DNA of 62,755 nucleotides, the filler included, from Porpidia crustulata (taxonomy: Eukaryota): the NCBI GenBank assembly GCA_964255105.1. It is 5 parts of 5 records of this genome, joined end to end, with 100 filler letters (N's around TTAATTAATTAA, not from the genome) between each part and the next. Parts side by side here need not be neighbours in the genome. Positions count along the whole stretch, not along the records: positions 37,725 to 50,194 come from CAXUWE010000533.1; positions 50,295 to 62,755 come from CAXUWE010000534.1; 3 more parts are not named here. One strand, written 5' to 3'. A program made the translations under genes and the position numbers. Positions 49,676 through 62,755 of the stretch are shown piece after piece (the stretch's first letter is position 1; each line of letters starts with the position of its first letter). The notes below the pieces were generated by a model. That model ran no database searches and was not told the DNA's origin. It worked only from the letters and a program-made list of their open reading frames with translations.

Positions 49676-50194
49676 ATATTATCTTTGCATTGTAATCGTC
49701 AAGCGATTTAGCGAGCATGTTCTTGTACTGGTGGGTGGCATAGGAGCTTGAATATTTATGCCAGACAATAGATTGTCAATTCGCGCTATAAAATGCAAGT
49801 ATATGAAGACTTACGCAAACATAAACATTGGGTACTTCGAAATTAAGAATCGTGGGCGTAAAAGCACCAGGGGGTGACAAAAGTCAGTGGACTAAGCCTT
49901 ACTGAAAACATTGAATTCGAATGAGACCAAATTAACATGAAGACAATACGGACATGCATTCAAGAATGCTCTGACGATGCGTTTATGTAAATAGAATTTG
50001 ATAGTAAGCTCATGAAATCAGATTTAAGATGATGGCTTCATGTAAATAGCTATTCAATGTTTTGGTGGGGCTGGAGATATCTCTGTAAGACTGAGTCCAC
50101 TGACTTTTGTCACCTGGTGAAGTCTCAACATCGCTTACGTAGGAGTATTCCCGGGCCTGTGCACGTTCCGGTCCCGTGCACACCCCACTTTACT

Positions 50195-50294
50195 NNNNNN
50201 NNNNNNNNNNNNNNNNNNNNNNNNNNNNNNNNNNNNNNTTAATTAATTAANNNNNNNNNNNNNNNNNNNNNNNNNNNNNNNNNNNNNNNNNNNN
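50195..50294. other. Artificial contig linker
   Basis: N44-TTAATTAATTAA-N44. Confidence 0.98.
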
Positions 50295-50672
50295 TATTGA
50301 AAGGGTGGTGTACGGGTAGGGTAGGGTGGTGTATCGTTATTGTGACCCTAGATATACAGTTATTCTAATGAACTTACTCTTCAAGTATTGAAGTTTCAGA
50401 AATTCGGCTTGCCTGCCAGCTCTACTGCATTGATTTGTCTTCCGGATGGTGCTACTTATCTATAAGGGGCCATATTCCTGAACGTTTACGGAAATACATG
50501 TAATACAATTCGCTTGGCTGACATGTAGCTTTCCTAGAACGATGTTGGCGCGTCTTCTAGATTTAGAACTCATAAGATAGCATCCATATTAAGCCAATTA
50601 CCTTGATTATCAAATAATATGATATATTGACAGAAAATTTTATATATAGCTGTAGCGCCGAGTTGTGATCAC

Positions 50673-50766
50673 GACACAGTGGCCGAGTGGTTAAGGCGAG
50701 TGACTTAAGACAGATCAGACATCACTTGAGCGAAAGCTCTCACGAGTTCAAACCTCGTCTGTGTCA
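50673..50766 (+). tRNA. tRNA-Leu(TAA) with an 11-nt intron (50710-50720)
   Basis: Acceptor GACACAG/CTGTGTC plus A73; A box TGGCCGAGTGG; anticodon stem AGTGA/TCACT with CT-TAA-G; long variable arm GAGC-GAAA-GCTC; T arm ACGAG-TTCAAAC-CTCGT; upstream TATATATA, downstream TTTT. Confidence 0.9.
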
Positions 50767-51257
50767 AATCCAAAAATCCCTTTTGCGAATTAGAAATAGT
50801 AGCATTTACACGAGACACTCCGATTGGGAGATGAGTGCAAACTCCTTTTGGGGGCCTGTCCGAATACCTTATTGTGAGTGCCTTAAATCAGTCAGCGATC
50901 ACGTGTTGATCTAGGTACGGGGAAACGATAGGTACCTATTTATAACATATGCACAGTTCGACTCCGTACCGTTGTGGCTTTCTCTTGTCTCGAGTGTTGC
51001 ACTAGTCCTTTGGTCAGACCGATTGATTTAGTACGTCGTGATATCTTGAACTTGACCGATTAATAGAAAATCCCTTCCATACCATTGGTGCACCATCGCC
51101 AGGTGGCGTCATCATCATCATTTTCACCCGTTGGATTTCACAGGGGGCAGGTACTCTCCACAGAGGATTCTTCACTGCACCTGCTTTATATTACTGCAGA
51201 TCTCCCCCTCCACTCTGTGGAAGTTGTCTTCCAAATGTAAAGTCGCTACTTAAAAAC

Positions 51258-52622
51258 ATGAATCCTACCTTAGGGACGGGACTTCACTCGTCCACATCCA
51301 AAAGACCTCGTTCAACTGACAGCCAGCGCTCATCGAGCAATCCGCCTGCTTTGAAGGCATCAAAAACTGAAGACGACGGTGAAGTACGTGAGGGTGAAGG
51401 CGATGCTAGCGTTCCTGCGTTCTTGCGTCAGACAAAAGCCGGTAAGCTGCATACGCGAGGCTAACCCGCATATCGCGACCATTGGCATACCAATTTTCAC
51501 TAACGATCGAAAAGAGATTCATACAAAATTCGAAGAATTGGAATGGCAGCAAGGGCTTCGCATTGCCCTTGGCCGCGCCGACCCTTCTTCACAATGGGTG
51601 CAGGAGACAACTGCCCAGGTCAAACTACGAAACCGCTACGCCAACGTCCAACCTTGGCAAAAGTCCCGAGTACATCTCAAAGTGGCACAAGGGCAGTGTG
51701 ATTATATTAACGCCTCGCCCATCTCATTGAAGGATCCGCATACAGGTGTAGTGACTACCTATATAGCAGCTCAAGTAAGTTTATTCTCCTCCTGCCCCAC
51801 GCGACATAATGTTGAGACCAAGTATCGCAGGGTCCAAAGCAAGCAGATTTGAGTCATTTCTGGCAGATGATATGGCATGAGACCACAGATGTCGCAGTAA
51901 TCGTAATGCTCACCCAAACAGCAGAATCCGGTAGGGAAAAATGCTATCAATACTTCCCGTTGGAAGTTCAAGGAGAAGCGTTCCCATTGGACCCAATCAA
52001 TGAAACAGTCACGGCGACGGATACGCCCATTGAACCGGCTGCCGGCAGCATTAAACTTCTTCAAACTGACTTTAGCGAGAGATCCAAATCAACTGTCCGC
52101 AAACTGCTTCTTACCTATGGGGAGAATTCCAAAATTGTCTGGCACCTACTCTACGGTGGCTGGCCGGATTTTGCCGTACCAGAGGACGAGAACCGTACTG
52201 CGCTACTGGAGCTCATCAAAATTTCCAGAGAGAAGAACTCGACTCCCAACAATCCAAGGATAATCCATTGCAGTGCTGGCGTCGGCAGATCCGGGACATT
52301 CATAGCTCTTGAGTACCTCTTGGGCCAGCTGCATTCCGGAGCACTTGAAAATTCCGAAGTCCACGGAGATCTGATCTTTGATGTTGTGAATCGACTACGC
52401 GAACAGCGTATGACAATGGTCCAAAGCGAGGTCCAGTATCATTTCCTTTACCAAGTTGTCAGGGAGCAGTTCCTCGAAAAAAGGGGCTCGACAACCACAG
52501 CCGATGGGAGCGGAGAACCCTCCCCAAAGCTTAGAAAGACTGCGAGTATAGCATTCTTCGATGGAGAGGGTGGAGGAAATAGTGCAACAAGAGCGGGCTT
52601 ACCTAATGGAGACGTACCGTAG
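51258..52622 (+). CDS. Classical protein tyrosine phosphatase (Ptp1-like)
   Basis: Three exons; RNRYANVQP, DYINAS, YIAAQ|GP, HFWQMIW, WPD loop, HCSAGVGRSG, REQRMTMVQS. Confidence 0.93.
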
Positions 52623-53108
52623 GACGAAGTCACGGTTCAAGGTGCACTATAAATCGCTTGTGTACATGTTTGGCGTTAGCGATGATTTTTTCCTCGTTGA
52701 GGGCTGGTTATAGCGTTCGTAGCAGGCGTCATTGTCATATGTTTAGTTTTGGTATTAGGAGGTACAGCTTTTGCAGCAGGAACTTTCATGGCATACGATA
52801 AGCAACTCTGGTGGTTGCAATATGGGTTTGGCGCTGTTTGGAAGGTATAAGGATCCGATGTCGAAGCATTTCAGGCGTCGTTGGCCGGGAGGAGCATGGC
52901 ATACCCCAAGCATCATATTAGTATATTTTTCAATCCTGCAAGTACGTTGTCGGTATTTGGATATGATCGCTTTTCAATTCTCAAGTATCGCGGCATGAAT
53001 GTCAAGCAATGGCCAATGAGTCTTGGAAATCTTTTTTCTTAGTGCATTTAGAGTTTACAAGCCCTATCAAGTCAGGAAGTCTAGCCCATAAAAACTCCCT
53101 CATTGCCC

Positions 53109-53689
53109 TCAAACCACAGCCGCACTGGCCGTCTTCGCCGCATTGGCTGCTTGTTGTGGATTGATCTTTTTCCCGTCTTTGTTAAATCGAACCCTAGGAG
53201 GAGGAGCACGGTTACGGCGACCTTCTCGTGAGCGGACGCTAATTGCCATGTATCAGCGCGCTTTGATTTCTTTTAGAGGGGAGGAATAGGACTTGGGGCA
53301 GAAGATACCGAACGATTTTGCCGTGGATTGCGCAGGAAACGCAGTATTGGAGCTTAAGATACATCTTTGGGACGGCGTATTCGGGGAAAACAGATGCATC
53401 AGAGATATCACCTATTTTCGTATTAGATTTCACTTGCTCTGTAGATCACAGCTGGACGTCGCGTAGTCAGGAGAACATACGGATGGCAGCGGACTCAACC
53501 ATGTTGCGGATGGTAAATCTCTTTATTGCCTTGTCCTTAGGCGTACACCTTGAGCAGTTGGAGCATCGAATCGGCTTGACGTGACCGCGTCCTTTCTTGT
53601 TGCGCCCACTAAGAGGACAGAATCAGCTTCCAGAGCCTTCAAGGTACGATTTGAAGGTTGCTATACTTTGAGGCTCGCTTCTTAACCAT
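53109..53689 (-). CDS. RPS26: 40S ribosomal protein S26 (eS26)
   Basis: Four exons: [39 protein letters not shown]...[28 protein letters not shown]. Confidence 0.96.
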
Positions 53690-54030
53690 TGTGATGAATC
53701 TAGATCGGGTAAGTCTATATTTTCTGTAGAAGAGAGCTATAGGTATCATATCACTGCTTACTTGACTTGATAGCGCTCACGGTGAGGTTAATTGTAGATT
53801 GGTGTGCGCAACTCAAAGTGTGCTCGCTTAGATGGCCCTTATCGGATCCTTGCTAATAGGGATCTTATCACCTTGAAGGGGGAAAGACTGATCTGTTAGC
53901 TTTATTGACTGAACTTGTTGCTAGAGCACCTAATCCATTTATCTTCGGCCTTCAGACTTCCCCCAATTGAATTTACGTTTGCAATTCTGATACAAATTCC
54001 AAGCACTTTATTAGAATTCCGAGTGCTGTC

Positions 54031-56159
54031 ATGTCTGCTGCGGGCGGAACTTTCAGGGGCACCCCTAATAGGGGCCAGGGCAGGGGACAAGTTCCTGCGT
54101 TCGAGAACAGCCCCTCAAACATACCTCGACCCAAGCTAGAATCGCAAATAAGCTCCGCAGCACAAAGTGACAACGGAATGTCAACGTTAAGTGCCAGCAG
54201 GCAAAAGCAGTCTAAGCGTGATGAGGTGAGTTGGATTGAGGCTCTTCCATCCACGTTGTCTATGTGCTGACGTTCACGATTAGGCGATTCGAAAAAGGAT
54301 GGAGGCCGATCTAAACAAGAAGAAAGGGAACCCGTCGCGTGCTCGCCATACACGAAAGGCTCCACCTGGTACCGTCCTAGCCTTAAAGCCGAGTCTAGCC
54401 CTCCAAATTAAGCCAAACACCACCGTTGCCGAGGCCTCACAGCTTATGGCTGCCAAGCGGGAAGACTGCGTTCTGGTCACGGATGACGACGATCGGATCG
54501 CTGGGATATTTACTGCTAAGGACCTTGCATTTCGTGTTGTAGGTGCTGGTATAAAAGCGCGGGATGTAACGATTTCAGAAATTATGACAAAGAACCCCCT
54601 TTGTGCCAGAACAGATACCAGTGCCACAGATGCTTTAGATCTTATGGTCAGAAAAGGCTTTAGACACTTACCAGTCATGGATGAAAATCAAGACATATCT
54701 GGCATATTGGACATCACGAAATGCTTCTACGACGCTATGGAAAAGCTTGAGCGTGCCTATAGCTCCTCCAGAAAACTCTACGATGCCCTTGAAGGCGTGC
54801 AGTCAGAATTAGGATCCAGCCAACCCCAGCAAATCATACAATACGTCGAGGCTTTAAGACAGAAAATGTCGGGGCCGACCCTGGAGTCAGTACTCAACGG
54901 ACTTCCACCAACAACAGTGAATGTACGGACGACCGTGAGAGAGGCAGCAGCATTGATGAAAGAGAATCACACCACGGCTGTGCTGGTGCAAGATCAGGGT
55001 TCTATCACTGGCATATTCACTAGCAAAGATGTTGTCCTCCGGGTCATTGCTCCTGGGTTGGACCCTGCGAATTGCAGCGTGGTCCGGGTAATGACTCCGC
55101 ACCCAGATTTTGCACCAATGGATATGAGCATACAGGCTGCGCTGAGAAAAATGCATGATGGTCATTATCTCAACCTACCAGTGATGAACGACCCGGGAGA
55201 GATTGTTGGTATGGTCGATGTACTCAAATTGACATATGCCACCTTAGAGCAGGTAAGTTTTTTACAGTCGATTCGAGTGAGAAAGCGCGCTTACTGGACT
55301 GAAGATCAACACTATGTCAACCGGAGACAGTGAAGGCCCTGCATGGAGCAAATTCTGGCTTTCTCTAGATAATGAATCCGAGTCCATGGTGTCTGGCGAG
55401 GGCAGCCATCGTCCGCATACGCCAGGGCATAGATCTCGAATGTCCCCCGATGTATCCTCGCGCCCTCTTGTGGAACGTGTAGATAGTGTGCAGCCGCATG
55501 AGTCAGCGTCACACAATGGGGACGATTCCCACTCAGATATAGCTGAGCTGCCATTCCACTCATCGACCGTCGAGGACTCGCCGTTCCCTTTCAAATTCAA
55601 AGCACCGAGTGGACGTGTTCATCGACTACAGGTCACTGCATCAGCTGGTATGGCAGAACTTGTTGCCAATGTGACTGCAAAGCTCGGCTCTGAAGTAAAT
55701 GCCGTTGGCGGGGAACCCATCTTGGAAGACGGTAAGCTGGGAAAATCTGGATATGCACTGAGTTATCTCGACAACGAAGGTGACACTGTCTCCATCACTA
55801 CCGACCAAGACCTCTTGGATGCCATTACGCTTTCTCGTAAGAATCATCTTGATAAAGTCGATTTATTTGTGCATGACCCGGAGAAGCCGCCCCTCTCGGC
55901 GACAGTTGATCCTCATCCTACTCTAGCAAAACCTCTCTCGCCACCGCCATCAACCGTCAAGGAACGAAGAAAATCACCTGAAGACGCCGAGGAAATGGAA
56001 ACGTCCGTTAAGAGGGGGCGAAAAGGTACAGCTGCACAAGTCAAACAACCAGACCAGCTAATTCCAGGGGTCTCAAACGACTTGCTTCTGCCAGGAGCGG
56101 TTGTGACATTGGCGGTGGTCATTGTTGCTATGTTTACATTCAGTCGCTCTAGTCGTTGA
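54031..56159 (+). CDS. CBS-CBS-PB1 domain protein with C-terminal membrane anchor (Mug70-like)
   Basis: Three exons; two CBS pairs (GIFTAKDLAFRVV, GFRHLPV; GIFTSKDVVLRV, GHYLNLPV), PB1 (FPFKFKAPSGRVHR...YLDNEGDTVSITTDQDL), hydrophobic tail. Confidence 0.92.
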
Positions 56160-56733
56160 TTCAGTGATACCACAGTGTCTTTGTAAAACCCCGTCTCATA
56201 TTATTCGGTTATCAACGACCTGCTTTAGGGCCCGGCGCTGGTGGCAGTTGTAATTCTATCATATACTTGGCATTATGAGTTGCTCAGAGCGTTTAGTATT
56301 TATGCCAGTATCATTAAGGCGAAGCTTCGACTGTGTAGATCTACCTACTCATGCACGCCTCGATATATATCCAATTAGACGGTTGGATATCTATCTACAA
56401 GCGGAAGGCTTCGTGCTTCCCGAGTCCCGCCTTGCAGGCCAACTGGGCCGAGGGATTTGCGACGCGAAGAAACACTACACGCGAGGACCCCCACCATGAG
56501 GTAGAGAGCATTCTTCCTGCATTCTTCCTATTCCCCCTCGTCATCTCACCAACATTTGAGAACAATAGACTTAGATCTGCCCATTTTATCCTTCTTACTA
56601 GGCACGACGACTACACCACAGTCGCTGTTCCGCCCTCATACTTGACTATTCGCATACTTTCTTCACGGCAGTTTTTCAGTGGCATTCAGATATTTTCCCA
56701 CTGCTTTCGCACAGACTTCAAGTTCTTGAGGTC

Positions 56734-59700
56734 ATGTCTATCCTACCAAACGAAATACTTTCTGCTTTGGCGCAGCTTCTACAAGGTCTTGCCTCAGCAG
56801 ATAATACAACGCGGTCATATGCAGAAGAGCAATTGAATACGGAATGGGTCACAGCACGGCCAGACGTACTGTTGATGGGGCTAGTGGAGCAAATGCACAT
56901 TGCTCAGGATGCATCGGTAACCATCTACGCCTCTTAACAGCAAGCTAAAGATTTGAGTGAGCGCTTGCTAACTCTGGATAATGTTGACAGTCACGCTCGT
57001 TCGCTGCCGTTCTCTTTCGACGAATCTCCACAAAGACAAGGAAGCTTCAAGGGAGCGACGAATCTAAAGAGCTATTTTTGACCTTACAGCAGGCACAAAA
57101 ACTAGCGATAAGGCAGAAATTGCTTGAATGTATGCAAAATGAACAACTTCCGCAGGTCCGACACAAGATTGGCGATGCCGTAGCTGAGGTTGCGAGGCAG
57201 TATACAGATGACGGTATGTTACAACAGTATCTCTGAAGTTCGAGAGCGTCGGAACCACGGGCTGATGCGAGCGAATCTTAGGCGAGAATTGGCAGGAGCT
57301 CCTACAATCCCTATTCCATGCTAGCCAATCGCCAGATGCTGGCCAGAGAGAGGGGGCTTTTCGAATATTCACGACTACCCCTGGCATCATCGAAAAGCAG
57401 CATGAAGACACAGTTCTGACAGCCTTCACTAAGGGCTTTAAGGACGACAATGTTTCGGTGCGATGCCGAAGCCGAGTCTTCCTACCAATTTTACTGACGA
57501 CCAGCTAGGTGAGGATAGCAGCTATGGAAGCTTTCGCATCGTTTTTTGGGTCGATACACAAGAAGGGACAGAAGAAATACTACTCCTTGGTTCCCGAAAT
57601 TCTAAATATCTTGCCACCGCTCAAATCTGCAAGTGATTCCGACAATCTTTCAAAGGCGCTTGTCGCACTTATAGAGCTTGCAGAGGAGGCGCCGATGATG
57701 TTCAAGCCTTTATTCCACAACCTGGTTCAGTTCAGCATCACTGTAATTCAGGACAAAGACCTCGGAGACCAAGTCCGCCAAAATGCACTTGAGCTGATGG
57801 GTACCTTCGCGGATTATAGCGCAGCTATGTGCAGGAAAGATCCTTCTTACACCTCGGATATGGTAACCCAATGCCTGAGCTTGATGACGGATGTTGGTAT
57901 GGAGGATGATGACGCGTCAGAATGGGTTGATTCAGAAGATGTAAGCGCTCAACATATTCTGACTCTTCTTACTGATGCCAGTACAGCTTGATGTCGAGGA
58001 GAGCGATCTCAACCACGTCGCAGGTGAACAATGTATGGACCGACTCGCCAATAAATTAGGAGGCCAAGCTGTACTTCCACCCACATTCAATTGGCTCCCT
58101 CGGATGATGACTTCCTCGGCCTGGCGTGATCGTCACGCCGCCTTGATGGCAATCTCTGCAATCTCTGAAGGTTGTCGGGATCTAATGATCGGCGAATTGG
58201 ACAAGGTACTAGATCTTGTCATTCCAGCACTTAGGGATCCTCACCCTCGAGTGCGCTGGGCAGGCTGCAATGCTTTGGGCCAAATGAGCACAGATTTTGC
58301 TGGCACCATGCAGGAAAAGTATCACCAGGTGGTATTGACAAACATTATCCCGGTATTGGATTCGCCCGAGACTCGAATACAATCACACGCAGCAGCTGCG
58401 CTAGTGAACTTTTGCGAAGAAGCTGAGAAGGCCACTCTTGAGCCTTATTTGGACGATCTGTTAAGTCATCTATTACAACTACTACGGAGTCCGAAACGTT
58501 ATGTGCAAGAGCAGGCTCTCTCGACTATTGCAACAATCGCCGATTCAGCTGAGACTGCATTTGGGAAATACTACAATACTTTGATGCCTCTGTTATTCAG
58601 TGTATTGAGAGAAGAACAATCAAAGGAGTATCGACTATTACGCGCCAAAGCCATGGAATGTGCGACTTTGATTGCGTTGGCTGTTGGCAAGGCAAAAATG
58701 GGACAAGATGCGCTAGATCTCGTGCAGCTGCTGGGCTCAATACAGGAGAAGATAACTGACGCCGACGATCCGCAATCCCAGTACCTCCTACACTGCTGGG
58801 GCCGGATGTGCCGAGTCTTGGCCCGCGATTTTGTACCATATTTGGCCGGCGTTATGCCGCCACTGATGGAACTTGCCAGTGCCAAAGCAGACATCCAACT
58901 TCTCGATGATGATGAACAGATCGCCAATGTCCAGCAAGAGGAAGGTTGGGAGCTCGTACCCCTGAAGGGGAAAGTCATAGGCATCAAGACTTCTATACTA
59001 GAAGATAAGCACATGGCTATTGAGCTTATTGTCATTTATGCGCAACAACTCGAAGAAGCATTTGAACCCTACGTTGTGGAGATCATGGACAAGGTCGCAT
59101 TGCCTGGTTTGGCGTTCTTTTTCCACGATCCCGTACGAATTGCATCTGCCAAAAGCATACCAATGCTTCTCAATTCATTCAAGAAAGCTCATGGCGCAAG
59201 ATCTGCACCTATGGCAAAACTATGGGAGCTTGCAATCGATAAGATCCTTGAAGTCCTGAGTGCTGAGCCAGCAATCGACACCCTCGCTGAGATGTACCAA
59301 TGTTTCTACGAATCTGTCGAGGTTCTTGGTAAAGACTGCCTTACCCCGACTCACATGGGTGCTTTCATTGAATCCGCCAAATCTACACTAGAAGACTACC
59401 AGGTACGTGTAAAGAGGCGTGCAGAGGAGCATCAAGACATTGAAGACGGAGAAGAGGAATCAGAGGAAATGCTGTTCGCAATAGAAGATGACCAAAGTCT
59501 GCTCTCAGACATGAATAAAGCTTTCCATACAATCTTCAAGAACCAGGAAACTTCCTTTCTGCCGGCATGGCAGCGCCTAACCCCTTTTTACCAAGACTTT
59601 GCAAGAAGCCCAGACTCGACCCAACGTCAATGGGCGCTTTGCATTTATGATGATGTTCTTGAATTCTGCGGTGATCAGAGCTGGAGCTACCAAAATCACA

Positions 59701-60329
59701 TTCGGCAGCCACTTGTCGACGGGATGCAAGACATGGTTCCAGCAAATCGGCAAGCAGCATGCTATGGTGTCGGTATAGCTGCGCAAAAGGGCGGGGCGCC
59801 TTGGTCAGACTTTGTAGCTCAGAGCTTGGAGGTCTTATTCAGCATCTGCCAGACTCCTTACGCCAGGGAAGATGATCATGTTTACGCAACCGAGAATGCT
59901 TGCGCGAGTATATCGAAGATTCTTCAGGCCAATGCAAGTAAAGTAGCAAACATTCAAGAATTTGTCGCAATGTGGATCACCACCTTACCGGTGGTCAACG
60001 ACGAGGAAGCTGCGCCTTATGCATATATGTTTCTCGCCGGGCTCATTGATCAGTAAGACCCGCTCTTTTCTATTCATTTGTGCCCGATTTTGTTTTTAGA
60101 GTTGCTGACGACAAGGTACAGACGGCATCCTGCTGTGATCGCTGCCGCCAGCACGGCATTCGTATTTATTGCATTAGCCCTCGAGGCAGAGACATTGCAA
60201 GGAGCAACGGCGCAGCGGGTGGCGGCCGCTGGTAAGGTTTTGATGCAAATAGCAGGAATCGATGCGGACAGAATTCTTGCAACATTAAGCCCAGAAACGC
60301 AGCAGACTGTGAGAAGCTACTTTGTCTAA
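56734..60329 (+). CDS. KAP121: Importin beta-3 / importin-5 (Kap121/Pse1)
   Basis: Six exons of HEAT repeats: RSFAAVLFRR, WRDRHAALMAISAISEGC, HPRVRWAGCNALGQMSTDF, HAAAALVNFCE, LLRAKAMECATLIALAVG, ATENACASISKI. Confidence 0.95.
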
Positions 60330-60854
60330 GGAAGATACCCGTATGATGTGCACGATACCAAGGAGGTATGAGGAACTTAGGAACATGATTGATGGCGTTA
60401 GTTATGGGAGATTGAAAAGATTTCGCTCAGGATCAAAAGATCTAGAGGATCATTTTGTTGGCTATGATGAAGCGCGATAGGGGGTTTTCGGGAAGACAGG
60501 CTTAGATATTATCAGAAGTTGCAGTTGAGAATCTCAGGGCCAGTTCCATTCCCTTTGTTGCTGTTGCTCCAGCATCTAAAGGGATAATGTAGCTGTAGGT
60601 ATACTGATAGTGGTCGATCAATTGTCGGTATATAGTGACTGGCAATCTCAAGTGTTTTGTACCCATGGAAAGGAAAGTAATCACGTGATCAATTAATTTG
60701 ATAGAAGTTCAACCCGGTGTCGATCACCGTTCAACTCTACACATTCTACCCACGTTCAGCGACCATGGCTATGGCTTTGGCTTTCGTGTCGAGTGGTCAG
60801 TCCGAATTTCGAGTGTTGGAACTATCGTGAGGCTACGTGCAATCTGTTGCCGCC

Positions 60855-62755
60855 ATGGATTCTACCAAGCTATCTGAGAGTCCTGTTCCGCCGCTGGAAA
60901 TCGCTGAAGGGAATTCCGCGCCTAGCCAAGACGCGATCAAGGACGAGCAATGGCGGGCAATGAAAAGAATCATCGATGCAACGTATGATTTCAGACAGCC
61001 CGAGTAAGCAGCTAACACGAAATAGCAAATGACAAGACTGACAGGTTGCAGTGGTCATGATCCGTCGAAAGTATTTCATCGAAAACCGAACAAGCGCGCG
61101 TTGCCAGACTACTACGATGTAATTAAAGAACCTGTGGCTTTGAGTACCCTTAAAGCAAAGGTAGCTGGCCGAGAATACAAGTCTATTGCCGAATTCGTCA
61201 GAGATTGCGCTTTGATTCCTCACAACGCTCAGACATACAACCGACCAGAGGCTGGTGCTTATCAAGATGCCGTTGTCCTTAGGGACTTTTTGGAAAAGCT
61301 ATTCGTAAAACTTGCAGAGGAAAAGGTTATCAGCCCAGATGACGCCGCCCTTCCAGACCTTGGAGAGATACCGCCTGCATCTCCGCTACGGATTGTCGAA
61401 GAGGAGGAAGAGGAAGATGACGAGGACGACGAGGACGACGAGGACGATGAAATCGACGATTCGGATGAAGAAGGGGGGAAGCGAAAGCGGAAACGTGCTC
61501 CACGATCTCTCGTAGCTATCACCAAGCGTGACGGAGGTTCGAAGGAGGATGGGGGCCAGAAAGAGGACCCAAGAAAGAGAAGAGGTCGACCTCCTCGCGT
61601 TGATACGCCTATGGAGTCTAGAATCAAAGCTGTCCTGAAGGGAATTCGAAAATATAAGAATGATTCAGGGCAGATTATGATTCATCAATTTGAAAAGCTC
61701 CCTGACAAGAGTGCCATGCCAGAATATTACCAAGAGATCAAAGAACCGATTGCCATAGAGTTGATAAAGGTAAACCTATCCGATCGTGAGAGTATAGAGG
61801 GGATTGCTAAATCTGCCCAGCGCAAGCAAAAACGGAAGAAATATCAGTCTGTAGACCACTTTATGCGAGATATCGATACAATGTTCAATAACGCGAAATC
61901 ATACAATACCGATGAAAGCCAAATTTACAAAGAGGCCGCTCGCTTGCAGGTAGGCTCATGTGGCAGCTTCATTGACAAATCTTTGCTCATCCATACAACA
62001 GAAGGTAGCACACAAGCTTGCAGATGCGGAGAAGAGTCGGCCTGACTCCGACTACGTAATGGAAGAAGGTCGCTTACCCTTGCCAAATGGTATCCTCCAT
62101 AATGGTGAACTGTGGAAGGTGGGAGATTGGATCCATATCCAGAACCCCAATGATGTGACAAAGCCCATTGTTGCCCAGATCTACCGCACTTGGCAAGATA
62201 ACGAAGGTCAGAAATGGGTGAATGCATGTTGGTACTATCGGCCAGAACAGACTGTTCACCAGTACGAGAAACATTTCTACCCCAGTGAGGTTGTCAAGAC
62301 TGGCCAATACAGGGACCACCGGATCGACGAGATCGTTGACCGATGCTTCGTCATGTTCTGCACACGATACAGTCGGGGTCGACCACGAGGTTTTTCAGCT
62401 GACAAGGAAGTTTATGTATGTGATTCAAGGTACAACGAAGAAAAGCACAAGCTCAACAAAATTAAGACTTGGGCAAGTTGCTTGCCTGATGAGGTTCGGG
62501 ATAAGGATTACGAGATGGATCTGTTCGATGGTCTGAAAAAGGTCAAGAAAGTACCAAGTCCAATCCTTCATACCATGAAAGAAGACGCGAAAGAGACAGA
62601 TGATGTACCGAAACCCCAATGGGGCGCAGAGAATGCGCCACCAATTATAGGTGCTGTGTACAAAGGACCTCGGGATGAAAATGTAGGTGAGATGAAAATC
62701 TAATTGAAAACACAATTAACAACAGCCAAGCAATCACCCCCTCCCGAACCAACAC
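60855..62755 (+). CDS. RSC1: RSC complex subunit Rsc1/Rsc2 (bromo-bromo-BAH), truncated at the window end
   Basis: Bromodomain 1 (PDYYDVIKEPVAL...HNAQTYN), AT-hook RRGRPP, bromodomain 2 (PEYYQEIKEPIA...NNAKSYN), BAH (VGDWIHIQNPNDVTKPIVAQIYRTW...WYYRPEQT). Confidence 0.93.

Noticed and set aside
12480..50294. Regularly spaced TTAATTAATTAA palindromes (~12.57-kb period) as a biological repeat system
   Set aside because: Each is embedded in N-runs; this is a synthetic six-frame-stop linker between size-sorted contigs.

Overview
Eukaryotic DNA from a filamentous ascomycete (Pezizomycotina; short GT-AG introns with CTRAC/CTAAY branch points). A lichen-forming Lecanoromycete is a guess I cannot confirm. 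The window is not one locus: it is five contigs (12479, 12473, 12472, 12470 and 12461 bp, in decreasing size) joined by artificial 100-bp N44-TTAATTAATTAA-N44 linkers, so adjacency across gaps is meaningless. It carries about 25 intact or partial genes, mostly housekeeping: Ste23/IDE, CFIm25, Nth1, FAM32A, Dpb2, NASP/Hif1, Yippee, Mpe1, His7, glutaminyl cyclase, SSADH, Mtc4-like, PTP, Rps26, CBS-PB1, Kap121, Rsc1 and one intron-containing tRNA-Leu(TAA). There are also two accessory patches. Most notable: (1) a cold-shock protein gene that I recall as near-identical to Pseudomonas CapB/CspA but which has a spliceosomal-type 5'-UTR intron and a TATA box, i.e. a probable domesticated bacterial HGT; (2) a ~300-nt tract with no CC or GG dinucleotides (non-canonical RIP-like signature) abutting a truncated NACHT-ankyrin NLR pseudogene; (3) a clade-D-like beta-carbonic anhydrase (possible COS hydrolase); (4) small TIR elements, one enclosing a telomere-like repeat; (5) tandem MCB boxes in the Dpb2/NASP divergent promoter. 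Family assignments come from motif recognition and memory, not database searches.
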